The notes beneath the pieces were generated by a model. It was not told the origin of the DNA, did no database searches, and saw only the letters and a program-made list of their open reading frames with translations. The translations under genes and the position numbers were made by a program. A stretch of 63,331 nt of DNA, filler included, from Octopus bimaculoides (taxonomy: Eukaryota), in NCBI RefSeq assembly GCF_001194135.2. It is 4 parts of 4 records of this genome, joined end to end, with 100 filler letters (N's around TTAATTAATTAA, not from the genome) between each part and the next. Parts side by side here need not be neighbours in the genome. Positions count along the whole stretch, not along the records: positions 1 to 31,608 come from NC_068983.1; 3 more parts are not named here. One strand, written 5' to 3'. This document shows positions 14,525 to 26,960 of the stretch, one piece after another; position 1 is the first letter of the stretch; each line of letters starts with the position of its first letter.

Positions 14525-15249
14525 ATACACAAACACACACACACAGATTGTTTTATGTAGCTTCACAGATTTTTTTCATCTAAATGATATGTGATATATA
14601 AATGTGTGTAACAGCGTGTGTATATATGTATACGTAAAGATAGAAAAAGACATGTATGTCTATACGAAATATACATGCGCGCACACACATACACGCACAC
14701 TTGCGCGCACACATATACACATACATACACATATCACATATATATATATACACCTGCATACATATCTACAGATATGTATGTCTTCAAGGGCCATATATAC
14801 GCGTGTGCGTGTGAGTGAGCGTGCGTGTATGTGTGTATAGATGAAATTTATTAAATTGAAAAGTGAAAGGAAAGGTGGTGACAACTGAATCCTATTTATC
14901 TAATGAGCTTGTTACTAACTGAACATTGTCCAGAAATATGTACCCAAAATACGACTCTAGAGGAGAATAATTGTAAGTCTGAATTTAAAGAATAGCTCTT
15001 TGTATTACTGATAAATTTATCTGACCCTCTTCAAAATTCTTGCTAACTATCCAGTGTCAATCACAGGGATTTACTTGAGTAGGGACTACTAAAAAGATAT
15101 TCGTCCAAGACGCCATGCAGAAGGTTCTGGCACAGAAATACGTTTAAATGCAGACACACCCACACATACAATATCTAAGTACTAAAGAATGTTATGCAGT
15201 ATCATTTATATATTCATATTGGTGGTCTCATTTGGTTAATATTCATTTG

Positions 15250-15980
15250 CCATTTCGGATGGATTGCCCTGACCAAAACTACTCTTTTACTCCAATTTTT
15301 CCTGTCTTCCAAGACATTTTTGAAGCCTTCTATTTATAATTCCTCATCATGCGAAAATTGATCAATGTACGATATTCCAGGTTTGTCGGACAGGGGAATT
15401 TCCATGGCTCGGGTTCCACAGAAAGTCAATCAATAATTTTTGTTTGGATAGCAGTGACCTGCATATCTCTTCCTCCGCTCACGAATGATTGATGATATTT
15501 GGGGGATATTTCCATAAATTTCTTCTTTTGTTGTATGGCGTTTCCATGAACTGTTGAAAATAGTACGCAGCATACACGAAAACATTCAGTCTTTTTTGTC
15601 AGACTCCATGATTAGCCGTAAAGAAGAACTGATGATACTATGATTCTGAAGAATTCCTTTTGCATTCGGTCAAGTAGTGTAGACTTCCAAATTATCAGTT
15701 TGTCAAGCGTAAACAATACGTATGCTATGTGAATTAATACATCTTTTTCAATGAATAAGATATTACTGCACCATTCAACCAGTTAATCTGGCCAATCTGG
15801 TTATAGTATCTGTATCTCGCCTTCCCAACATTCACACAAAGACCGATACTGGAAGCCATCTATTCTAGTATTTTCAGTAGTTTCTTAGCATCTATACTTT
15901 GTTAGCAAATAGCGCAAGGACATCCGCATAATCTACATAAAGGATCATCCTAGCTGGATATCTCCTGCTTCTAGCTTTCT
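15250..15980 (-). mobile_element. RTE-like LINE 3' fragment (RT C-terminus), degenerate
   Basis: Minus strand: KARSRRYPARMILYVDYADVLALFAN (YADD box relic)...SSVLLYG*SWSLTKK...SWKRHTTKEEIYGNIPQISSIIRERRKRYAGHC...LEDRKNWSKRV, typical of the RTE C-terminal region. Contains several stops. Confidence 0.8.
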
Positions 15981-16209
15981 GTAAAATAAAACCAATGTTA
16001 TTGAGATCAAGACAGAGTCATGTGCTATAACGAATAATCGGTTATTATAATCACAGTATTTTGCCCGTTACCTCCTACGACATGTATTAGTTTCAGAAAT
16101 AATGCTGTTGTCTGTTTTATTGGTGCTGTAGTTCTTGTTTTGTTACTGACACTTCGCCTCTCTTCAGCCCAAATCGATCATGTTTCTAATGGCCAAAGAT
16201 GCTCCAAAT

Positions 16210-16495
16210 GATAAAACATTTTGCAAGTTGTACACTTTGTTAAGCCATATTTCTATAACAAATTTTATCAGTTTTCGTGGACTTTGGTTGCTTTGAAATA
16301 CAGGTACAACAGAAACAGAAAGAAAGAGTAAGAAAAAGTTGTGGCGAAAGAATACAGCAGGGTTCGCCACCACCCACTGCCGGATCCTCGTGGAGCTTTA
16401 GGTGTTTTCGCTTAATAAACACTCACAACGCCCGGTCTGGGAATAGAAACCGCGAGTCTGCTAGCCTAAACACTGGGGCATTGCGGCTCCACTAT
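16210..16495 (-). mobile_element. tRNA-head SINE family C copy
   Basis: Reverse complement matches 29251-29494 (CCAGACCGGGCG..AAAACACCTAAA..GGTGGCGAACCCTG..TACCTGTATTTCAAAG). Confidence 0.8.
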
Positions 16496-16620
16496 TAGAT
16501 TCATACAGTGACACTATTGTCACAAATGCTGTGTCAAATCTCTTAATTCATTCATGCAAAACAACTGTTTAGTGACAGCTGATATATCATTGCAGATTAA
16601 TCTTATTTCATAATTGAATC

Positions 16621-16837
16621 TGACGGCAAGCTGACAGAAGCGTTGGCTCGAAGGGTAAGATGCTTAGCGGCATTTCGTCCGTCTTTACGCCCTAGGCTCA
16701 AATTCAGATAAAGCGACTTTGCCTTTCATCCTTTTGGAGTCAATAAAATAGGAACCAGTTGATCACTATAGTTGATCTAACCGACTTACCTACTCCCTCG
16801 AAGCTGTTGGCATTGTGCCAAAATTTGAAACCAATAT
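16621..16837 (+). mobile_element. SINE family A copy, diverged
   Basis: GGCAAGCTGACAGAAGCG..ATGCTTAGCGGCATTTCG..GACTTTGCCTTTCATCCTTT. Confidence 0.75.
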
Positions 16838-16909
16838 TTGAATCTGGCGAGCAATGTGCTAGATTAAAATATGTAGATATATACATTTAAATATATCATT
16901 AGCTTAGTT

Positions 16910-17215
16910 AAGCAGTGCGACCTAATGGTTGAGATATCGTGTGACCTAATGGTTGAGATATCGTGCCCACTATCATGGAGTCTCGGGTTCGATTACTGGA
17001 TTGGACTGTGCGATATATCATTCAGCATGGTTTTTCAGTTCACAGTGTAACTTTCTTCTCAGCTGAAATAAGTACCAGCTTAATATTGTTGCATCCTTTT
17101 CTCTGATCCAGCAATCACCTCCTCTACATTCTGTTGGATAAGGGATGGGGAAACTCTGAAAGCATCTATGGTTGTGACTAACTGGGAGCGTAAGACAACT
17201 AGCAAAACCGTTGTA
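16910..17215 (+). mobile_element. Diverged tRNA-head SINE-like element with a 24-bp tandem duplication in its head
   Basis: GACCTAATGGTTGAGATATCGTG occurs at 16919 and 16943; a B-box-like GGGTTCGATTAC follows. Confidence 0.5.
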
Positions 17216-18219
17216 CATGCTACGAAATAATTGTCATTTACGAGAATGTTATATATATTTTCTTAAAATCTAAACACTAATTGCCTTCAAATAATGCGAC
17301 TGTTACAAATGAAGTCAAACTAATGGAGTGAGAGAGGAGCTTTAATTAATAAAACCCAACAACATATTTATTTTATGAACTAAAAATGACTTCCACTATG
17401 GTAAATTTTATTTAAGTTAATATAGTGCGTCGTTCGTGCATGAAATTACTAACCTAACTTTATTACAGGTGGGATTTCGAATTTGAACTCAGAACATATA
17501 GGACAAGTCATCTCGTGCGGTGCAGCACTGATTCTGTGTTTTCGCATTAAGAATATCCGCATGGATTCGATGTCATACAAATGTAAAGCTGTTATTCTAA
17601 GACCAAATCTTTTGACATTAGCGTTTGTTTGTTCAACTCTGTGACTTGTTGTAGAAGGCGTTTAAAGCTGTTGCTGTCATATTTCTATTGCCGCTTGGCT
17701 GAATGAATGATTAACTCTGAAAGCAACTTCAACATCACAGATACAAATCTAATTCATGTACAAAATATGACAATTGATTCGTTATTAATACGCAATAACA
17801 CACTGGTTTTATAATTGAGTTGTCATAACATATAGCCCATCATATTGATGGTCTTCAGTTATATTTGCAACAATCATTACTGTGTGAAACAGAGTTTTAT
17901 TTTAATCACTATTTTAGAAGAAATCATACTATTATTTGTATTCTTAGTGTTGTTTTTGTTGTTGTTGTTGTTGTTGTTGTTGCTGCTGCTGCTGCCGTGT
18001 GATTGTTGCTCAGTTGTTGACTGTGATAAAGAGGAGTAGGAAGAGTGTAAGGAAAATGCTGAAAGTGATGATAATGATGGAGAGTTGTCGTTCGTGCTGA
18101 CGGTTATGGTGATAATAATGCGTAGAGAGAAAATAATGATGTTGATGGAAGTCATAATCATGAAGGAGGAAGAGGATGGTGAATAGCTGTAGTGTTAATA
18201 ATAAGGTTGAAGATGATGA

Positions 18220-18534
18220 TGATGGCGATGATGGTGACGAGGAGGAGGAGGAGGAGGAAAAGGAGGAAGGAGGAGAAGAAGAAGAAGAAGAAGAAGAAGA
18301 AGAAGAAGAAGAAGAAGAAGAAGAAAGAGGAGAAGAAGAAGAAGAAAGAGGAGAAGAAGAAGAATGAGAAGAAGGAAGAAGAGGAGAAGGAAGAAGAGGA
18401 GATGGAAGAGGTGGAAGGGGAGTTGGAAGAGGAGGAAGGGGAGGAAGAGGAGGTGGAAGAGGAGGTGGAAGAGGAGGTGGAAGAGGAGGTGGAAGAGGAG
18501 GTGGAAGAGGAGGTGGAAGAGGAGGAAGGGGAGT
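18220..18534 (+). repeat. Purine-rich (GAG/GAA)n tract with GAGGAGGTGGAA 12-mer array, running into a gap
   Basis: Direct observation; source of the poly-E/K/F ORFs. Confidence 0.9.
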
Positions 18535-20004
18535 NNNNNNNNNNNNNNNNNNNNNNNNNNNNNNNNNNNNNNNNNNNNNNNNNNNNNNNNNNNNNNNNNN
18601 NNNNNNNNNNNNNNNNNNNNNNNNNNNNNNNNNNNNNNNNNNNNNNNNNNNNNNNNNNNNNNNNNNNNNNNNNNNNNNNNNNNNNNNNNNNNNNNNNNNN
18701 NNNNNNNNNNNNNNNNNNNNNNNNNNNNNNNNNNNNNNNNNNNNNNNNNNNNNNNNNNNNNNNNNNNNNNNNNNNNNNNNNNNNNNNNNNNNNNNNNNNN
18801 NNNNNNNNNNNNNNNNNNNNNNNNNNNNNNNNNNNNNNNNNNNNNNNNNNNNNNNNNNNNNNNNNNNNNNNNNNNNNNNNNNNNNNNNNNNNNNNNNNNN
18901 NNNNNNNNNNNNNNNNNNNNNNNNNNNNNNNNNNNNNNNNNNNNNNNNNNNNNNNNNNNNNNNNNNNNNNNNNNNNNNNNNNNNNNNNNNNNNNNNNNNN
19001 NNNNNNNNNNNNNNNNNNNNNNNNNNNNNNNNNNNNNNNNNNNNNNNNNNNNNNNNNNNNNNNNNNNNNNNNNNNNNNNNNNNNNNNNNNNNNNNNNNNN
19101 NNNNNNNNNNNNNNNNNNNNNNNNNNNNNNNNNNNNNNNNNNNNNNNNNNNNNNNNNNNNNNNNNNNNNNNNNNNNNNNNNNNNNNNNNNNNNNNNNNNN
19201 NNNNNNNNNNNNNNNNNNNNNNNNNNNNNNNNNNNNNNNNNNNNNNNNNNNNNNNNNNNNNNNNNNNNNNNNNNNNNNNNNNNNNNNNNNNNNNNNNNNN
19301 NNNNNNNNNNNNNNNNNNNNNNNNNNNNNNNNNNNNNNNNNNNNNNNNNNNNNNNNNNNNNNNNNNNNNNNNNNNNNNNNNNNNNNNNNNNNNNNNNNNN
19401 NNNNNNNNNNNNNNNGGGAGGAGGACGCTGTTTTTGTTGTAGTTGTAGTGAGATGTAAACATCTGCTACTCGGAGTTCAATTTGGTCCATTCAATTTTAT
19501 TCGTATCTTTTGTTTGCTTTTTTCCCCTTCTAGTTTGTTGCTGTTAATGATGTTGTTAGTCTATATTTTGTTATTATGTGTTATTGATAGTGTCGAAGTC
19601 ATCAACTTTGCCGTTGAATCTGTGACTGTTGTTGTTCTACTTACTTTAGGAGTGATTTCATTGATGGAGCTGATTGTGATCGTGATCGTCATATATAAAT
19701 AGCTCTGAAGTGGACGACTTCACTGCACTGTTCCAAAGGTCCTATGTATCCCATCTAGAGTGAGGACCGTGCAATGCTTGGGACCCTACTTCTACATTGG
19801 GTCTCAAACGTCACCGGGGCAGACGCTCAGTTCATTGCATTGTAATGGTACGAAGTGTCAAGGAAGAAAAACATCAAGTCCCAAACTATGGTTAATTAAG
19901 CCAGCTGTATAACCCCTTACAAATTTGTGCGTCTGTATCAGAATAGAAACTGGTTCATAAATGAGTGTAAACACTAAGTCACATAAATATAGTTAATAAA
20001 CATA

Positions 20005-20175
20005 AGCGCAGGAGTGGCTGTGTGGTAAGTAGCTTGCTTACCAACCACATGGTTCCGGGTTCATTCCCACTGCGTGGCACCTTGGGCAAGTGTCTTCTAC
20101 TATAGCCTCGGGCCGACCAAAGCCTTGTGAGTGGATTTGGTAGATGGAAACTGAAAGAAGCCTGTCGTATATATG

Positions 20176-20214
<39 letters not shown>

Positions 20215-20422
20215 ATTTGTGTGTCTGTGTTTGTCCCCCCAACATCACTTGACAACTTATGCTGGTGTGTTTACGTCCCCGTAACTTAGCGGTTCGGCAG
20301 AAGCGACCGATAGAATAAGTACTAGGCTTACAAAGAATAAGTCCTGGGGTCGATTTGCTCGACTAAAGGCGGTGCTCCAGCATGGCCGCAGTCAAATGAC
20401 TGAAACAAGTAAAAGAGTAAAA
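20005..20422 (+). mobile_element. Full-length tRNA-derived SINE family B (CORE-like box, internal microsatellite)
   Basis: A-box-like TGGCTGTGTGG and B-box-like GGGTTCATTCCC. CACCTTGGGCAAGTGTCTT resembles the CORE-SINE motif GACCTTGGGCAAGTCACTT. Internal (TA)n(TG)n; tail GGCGGTGCTCCAGCATGGCCGCAGTC..GTAAAAGAGTAAAA; possible 7-bp TSD AAACATA. Confidence 0.85.
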
Positions 20423-21793
20423 CATATTGTTCATGACATGATTTAATAAACATTCTGCTTCCCAGAACAGTGCTTAAACAACATGGCATTTCTAGAACTT
20501 GAAATGTTGACTGCACAGACTAATTTCGCTTATTTTTAGACTTATCAGCTATCATTTACCTCACTGATAATACTGTAATTATCCAATACCCGAGCTGTTT
20601 TAGCGCCGTAGATATTTATTCTGAGTCGTAAAGGAGTCGTGCCACTCGCAAACTAGTTAATATATTTTCTTAGTTTGATGTCACTTTATATGTGTATAGT
20701 ATCATTTGCTACGCTATTTCTCTACAAATAAGCTCAACAACACGTTTAGTAACATTCTTGACGGCAAACTAGCAAACTATGTAGCAATCAAATATTAGGT
20801 ATAACTTCATATGTGGTTTTGTGCAAATCTTCGAGATCAATATAGTGCATTAGACAGTAAATATACGGCGTTAGACAGTAAATTATTTTTTTGAAATGGA
20901 TATATAACACGAAAGCTCGAGGTGTTTAGTTTTTATTTTATTTATTATTCATTTTATTTCTTTTTATTTATTGGTTTTCGATTTATATTTTGTAATAAGA
21001 AATTAGATTAAAATCTTGACCGACGTAAAATAAAATTAACGAACCTGTAAGACAGCCAAATTCTGGTAATGCAAATGATAAAATTACTTTACTTTAGAAT
21101 TTAAAAAAAAAGCGGAATATAAAAGTTAGAGATAATATACAAAATCATATGAAAATCTAGATTAAATTCAAGTCAAGATTTCATTTTTTTTCTATATGTG
21201 TAGTAAATATTAAGTTCTTAACAAGCTGCCAACGAGAGAGCCTCTGTGAAAACTTTCAATATACCAGAAATAGCAACTGTATTATATCATTAATTCATGT
21301 ATAGGAAGACGTAGGATAACATCATTTTCAATAGAGAATTTGTGGGAAAAATTACATTATTGTCGGAGATGAAATTTCACCGATCGTGTATCTGCTTTAT
21401 CAGAGCAAACCAGGGATTTTTTTAGCGGCGTTAACACTAGCATATACAAGTTTATGAAGGGAAAAATCTCAATACAAATTTCTGAGAGGACATTGTGGTA
21501 TATATCTTCAATCGATTCTTTCCTGAAACTAGAACCTGAAGCACACATAAAGCCATAAATATTAGCATACAAATATTGAGTTGAAAGGTTTGAAGGCAGG
21601 CGCTTTCCTATCCAGCTAAGTCCTCATCAATGTCTTCAAAAATCATTTGAAGAAGAAGATGAGGGTAGAGAGGGAGCTGCTGCCTTCTAGATTGTTTATC
21701 AAAAGGTGGTCGACACTGGCCAGCCTGATGTGACTGAATGAATCTACTCTGAATATACTTTTCTAAGCAGGAGGAATGAAACTGAAAGAGGGC

Positions 21794-21920
<127 letters not shown>

Positions 21921-22371
21921 TGCTGTAACTTGTCCTTCGATATTGCCCTCCATGTCTTAGGCCCTTGTCGTCATTATTGCTATTATTACTATTGTTGGGG
22001 TCATTTCTTACATGTTATAATTTTTCTTTCTAAACGAGAAGAAATTCTTCAGAAAAGCGAATGAGCGTTTATAATGTAAACATTTAAATTAATGATCAGA
22101 AAAAAGTCAGTAACAGAAGAGAGACGGAAAACTCGAGAGAAAATTTATCAAAAAAGACGCATAAAAGAGTAGGGAGAATGTACGGAATTTACTACAGAGT
22201 TAAGAGAAAGTATTATTATGCTAGCTGATGTGATCAAGAGAATGAAAAGCAAAAGAAAGAAGGAAGGGCCTCAAATCTCCTTCCTTTGGTGAGTAATTGT
22301 TAACTTTAGAAGCAGCTTCTATATAGGAAGTTTAGTTGAAGGAGTAATATTCGTTTCAAATGCTGACACAA

Positions 22372-22815
22372 GACCAGCAAGTTTGAGGAACTAAGTTGGC
22401 GAGCTGTCAGAATCGTTAACACGCTGGGGAAAATGCCTTGCAGTATTTTATCCGTCATTAGGTTCAAATTCCACTGAGGTCCACTTTGCCATTCATCTTT
22501 TCGGGATCGATAAAAAAAAAAACCAACTGAACACTAGGATCGATGAAATCGACTTTCTTATTCCCTCAAAATTACTGGCCGTGTGCCAAGAATGAAACCA
22601 ACATTAGAATTCAGGCGGTGAGCTGGAAGAGTCGCTAGCACACGTGAGAAGATGCTTAGCAGCATTCCTTCGGGTTCTTTATGTTCTGAGTTTAAAATAC
22701 CACCGAGGTCAACTTTACCTTTCATTCTTTCCGGATCAACAAAATAAATACCAGTCGAACGCTGGGATCGACGTAATCTACTGCCTCCGCCCGAAACCAA
22801 ATTTCTGGTTTTCTG
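22372..22815 (+). mobile_element. Two adjacent diverged SINE family A copies (22372-22560 and 22613-22815)
   Basis: Both have GAGCTG(T/G)(C/A)AGA..GTT..CAC..GGTTCAAATTCC / GAGTTTAAAATACC..GAGGTC(C/A)ACTTT..GATCGA. Confidence 0.7.
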
Positions 22816-23679
22816 TACCTAGAATAGAAAGTATTATCTTATTATATATTTCTCATTAAATATGGTTAAATGCTGCAAGAGTATATTTCACTTTCCAGCT
22901 TTCGGGTGGTAAATAATTACGAGTTAAGTTACTGCAGTCAATCTAAACAACTATATCTCCCTCAATGTATGTTGCATCCTTATGGTTATGCTAGGAATCA
23001 ATCATGGTTAAAATACAAAGTTCCCAACTAGTTAAAAGCACTATTTCCTTTAAAACGTTTGATAACACTATAAAATCGATGTTTCGCTAAAACTACGGAT
23101 ATACCATTATTCAACGGCTAATCTAGTCTATCAATTGCTACTAATGCATAGTTTTCCCCACAAATGTTTCTGTATAGCAGGCATAGACAAAAGTATAACA
23201 AACAAAGCTAAACGAATATATAGAATACAATTTAACAATGATGTTCTTTATGATGACTAGGTGTCGACCTTTCGTAAGTGACCAGTACAAACATAACATT
23301 TTCTGTTCATTTATTTTCTAAAGTGAGAAAACACGGATAAGTAGAATTCTTAAATCAGCAGTGCATAATTCACTCTGTCATACGCGCTTTTTTAAATTAT
23401 GTTTAGATGTTTTCTTGGATTACATTGCAAATATGTCTAGGGGATATGTTTGTAATAAATGCAATGCATGCAATGGAATTGTGTCCACAACAAGCTTGTA
23501 GATGCACAAACAGATTTGGTCTCACAACACACTTGAGACATTATTATGGGTGTAGATACAGCTGTATAGTTTAGAAATTTGCTTTGCAACGAACTGCACG
23601 GTCTCCCACCGTCTTCTACAATAGACTCTGGCTGAACAACACGCACACACATATACACATACATACACACATACACGTG

Positions 23680-23745
<66 letters not shown>

Positions 23746-24614
23746 CATATATATATATATATATATATATGAGAAGTATTTATGTGTGTGAATATCTGTG
23801 CTTTTGTGTCTTGTATGTGTCCGTATGAATGTTGCAACTAGACACACATGATTCTCACTTGGTACATATAAATTTAATAAAAGCATTTGTTCATTGAGAA
23901 GAAAAACTAGATGTTTCACAGAATTCCTATGTGAAATAAATAAGCAGAAATTTTCCGTATATGTATCTTACACTAACCTTTCCAATCAACTAGAAGTTTC
24001 TAACGATAATTCGGTTCTCTAATCAATCAAGTACCAAGTTCCCAAGAAGTCTTACAATACAGTAATCCTACAAGAATTTGAGTTAGAAGCACACAGAATA
24101 TAAGGAGAAAACTAGAGAGCGAGATTTTATAAGAAACTTGTATGTGTAAATCATTCTCCGACGTATAGTAGTGGGAAAACAAAATAGAAACTGTGTTTTA
24201 AGTAGAATACATTGTGGTTTTAGTTCTTTAATGAGTTGCTAGAACAATGGCTTGGTGCAATGACCATCGGTGAAGACGGATAGGTCTATTGACCAATACC
24301 TGTTCAATGCGTATAGCTCTCTGGAAAACTCTAACGTTCATTACATATTTCCAAAGGAATAATATTCATCAAATATGATGTACAAAATAAACAAATGGGA
24401 CTATAATATGTTATTCGTGTTTTGAATATCAAGCCTTTTGCACGATTAATTTCAACAAACGTAATTATTATTCTTTACGCCAAATTAAAAACATTTTTTA
24501 CTAAAATATTTATTCTCCTGTTGTCTTGTTTGAGAACACAAACAAAATATCTACTAATTAATCACTTAATAATTAAATAACTTATTAGCCAACAAATTAT
24601 CAATTCTTTTTATT

Positions 24615-24800
24615 ATAGGCACAAATCCTGAAACTTTGTTGGGGTGGGACTAGTCCATTAACATTGACCCCAGAACTCAACTGGCACTGACTTTGAGGAC
24701 ACCGAAAATACTAAAGGCTAAGTCAATCAGGCGGAATTTGAACAAATAACGTGAAGCTGGCAGAAATGCCACTAAGCATTTTCTCCGACGTGCTAATGAT
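24615..24800 (-). mobile_element. SINE family A fragment, diverged
   Basis: AAAGGCTAAGTCAATCAGGCGGAATTTGAAC..CACTAAGCATTT. Confidence 0.65.
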
Positions 24801-25764
24801 TCCACAAGAAGTGTTTCTTTTGTGAGTGGCATGGCTCTCCTAATATACAGCAAAATCTTTTCCTTTTTGCCTCATTGTAAAGACTGAATCCGTCTCGTTC
24901 AGGATTCCCTAGACCGGCCATATCGATTGTTCGTGACGGTTATTATAATAAAGCACTCATTAATTTTCATGACGGTCGCTTAGCCACTGTAATTGACGAG
25001 ACTTTTCTTTTACATCTGCAACAACTAATATGATAGTTGACGCTATTATAGAGATAAAGACATTAATAGGGTTTTTTCAGATTGTCACTGATATTTTACC
25101 CTTAAATAACCCTCCCAAACAAACAACTGTTAGTCAAAGTGGTGACAACACAACAAAAGATAAACTTGCGGCGTTAAATCGTTAAATACACGTCAGTACT
25201 AAAAACAAAATCAAAGTAGAAAGCTGGACATCGGAGAAAGTTCTATGTGCAGAACATGATGTAAGTTCATCAACAGTGGTTAATGGGCAGAACAAAAATG
25301 GGAGAAAACGCTTTTTCATTATTTTAACAATTATTTTTAACTTAAGCATTACTGGCTCCGAAAATCCACACCTTGTGCACCTGTCTTGTTTCACACTTGA
25401 CGGATTAGTAATAGCTCAATCTGTATTTTAAAATATTACTTTCTATTTTTTTCATTTCGTTTCGGTATGAAAGTAGTTAATTTTAAATGCAATAGATTCG
25501 TAATATTTTGCAGAGGGAAAAAAATAAGAAAACAGAAAACGTTTTTGAGCAACGCAGTCGAACAAGAGTTAAAAGAAAATCCGCGACGTATTAGTAGATG
25601 CTATTCTCAAGAATGTCGCATTAGTGAACTAAAAACAAAAGAAATCCTAATTCGGTTCTAAGAAGAATAATGTTCTTTAATAAAGTATTACATGTGTGCG
25701 CATATGTGCATATATACATATATATATATAAAGAATTAAAGGTAATGCTATGCCACTTCGTAAT

Positions 25765-25825
25765 AATCCTTATTCTTATTCTTATTCTTATTCTTATTCT
25801 TATTCTCTTCTTCATTTTCTTCTTC

Positions 25826-25872
<47 letters not shown>

Positions 25873-25905
25873 GTTATTGTTGTTGTTGTTGTTGTTGTTG
25901 TTTTT
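25765..25905 (+). repeat. Compound (TTATTC)n(TTA)n(TTG)n microsatellite
   Basis: Direct observation. Confidence 0.9.
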
Positions 25906-26126
25906 GTTGATTTATATATACATTCAATATACATAAATAAATATATGTGGATATATACATATGCATAAATAAGTATATAAGTATATTTCGTATGTGTATT
26001 TCGTGTGCAAGATTCTTGATGTGGATACGTGTGTTGAAAGAAATACAATTAAACCTTGGGAGAGGCATTATGCCGGTAATAAACACACGCACTGGTTCAG
26101 TCCTTTATTAATTTATATAGTTTTTT

Positions 26127-26167
26127 GTTAAATTATTTCATTGCACTCTTGCAATCTCTTCAGTAAC
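26127..26167 (-). ncRNA. Hammerhead-ribozyme-like motif (type I, possibly degenerate) downstream of a Penelope ORF
   Basis: Minus strand GTTA-CTGAAGA-G-ATTGCA-AGAG-TGCAAT-GAAA-TAATT-TAAC: intact core, 6-bp helix II, 4-bp helix I. Helix III is reduced to A-U around TAA. Same strand as the PLE ORF at 26590-26960. Confidence 0.4.
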
Positions 26168-26589
26168 TTGTCTCTCCACTTCCATTTATTTTGAATATAT
26201 GATCTGGCGTTGTTTTGGCGTTGTTTCGAAACTGTTTGGTATGAGCATGTGAGTGTGTGCAAGCTCGTATGTGTGCACGCTCATATGTGTGCACGCACTT
26301 ATGTGTTCGTGCTTATATGTAAGTATGTGCGTCCATATGTGTGTTTGTAACAATTTCGTTTATATCAGATCAGATAGAGACTTNNNNNNNNNNNNNNNNN
26401 NNNNNNNNNNNNNNNNNNNNNNNNNNNNNNNNNNNNNNNNNNNNNNNNNNNNNNNNNNNNNNNNNNNNNNNNNNNNNNNNNNNNNNNNNNNNNNNNNNNN
26501 NNNNNNNNNNNNNNNNNNNNNNNNNNNNNNNNNNNNNNNNNNNNNNNNNNNNNNNNNNNNNNNNNNNNNNNNNNNNNNNNNNNNNNNNN

Positions 26590-26960
26590 TATTTGGTGTT
26601 TAAAATTGGTTGCGTTTCAGTTATGAGGACCGACTCCTGTATTTGTCGCAAAGATGCGTCACCGGGGTGTCTAGACAGGATTTCTATGTTAATTCTGTCC
26701 AGTACACCACCATGTTGTTCTTTGGCATGCTGGTAGAGCACCGAGGTTTGTTTTTGATTATTATAGTCCCTCCAATGTTCGTTTACACGCTCAGCCAAAC
26801 TTCTTGCCGTCTCACCTATGTATGTGGTGTTTCTGTTTTTACACTCACCATCCATACAGCTTATTTTGTAGACTACATTTCTGGCTTTGCAGTTGGCACC
26901 AGGACTATTTTTGCACACAATGCAACTCTCCTCAACACACCTTGTTCTTCTGAAGGGATA
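26590..26960 (-). mobile_element. Penelope-like element GIY-YIG endonuclease fragment
   Basis: Open frame CVEESCIVCKNSPGANCKARNVVYKISCMDGECKNRNTTYIGETARSLAERVNEH..LYQH..QIQESVLITETQPILNTK. Shows the VVY...YIG hairpin, catalytic R, upstream Cys cluster and terminal E..I...P.LN motif. 3' end is lost in an N gap. Confidence 0.9.

Noticed and set aside
18192-19458. Glu/Lys-rich long ORFs
   Set aside because: Simple GAA/GAG repeat plus an 880-nt gap.
21357-21572. Protein-like minus ORF (KESIEDIYHNVLSE)
   Set aside because: No recognisable motif and no good donor site.
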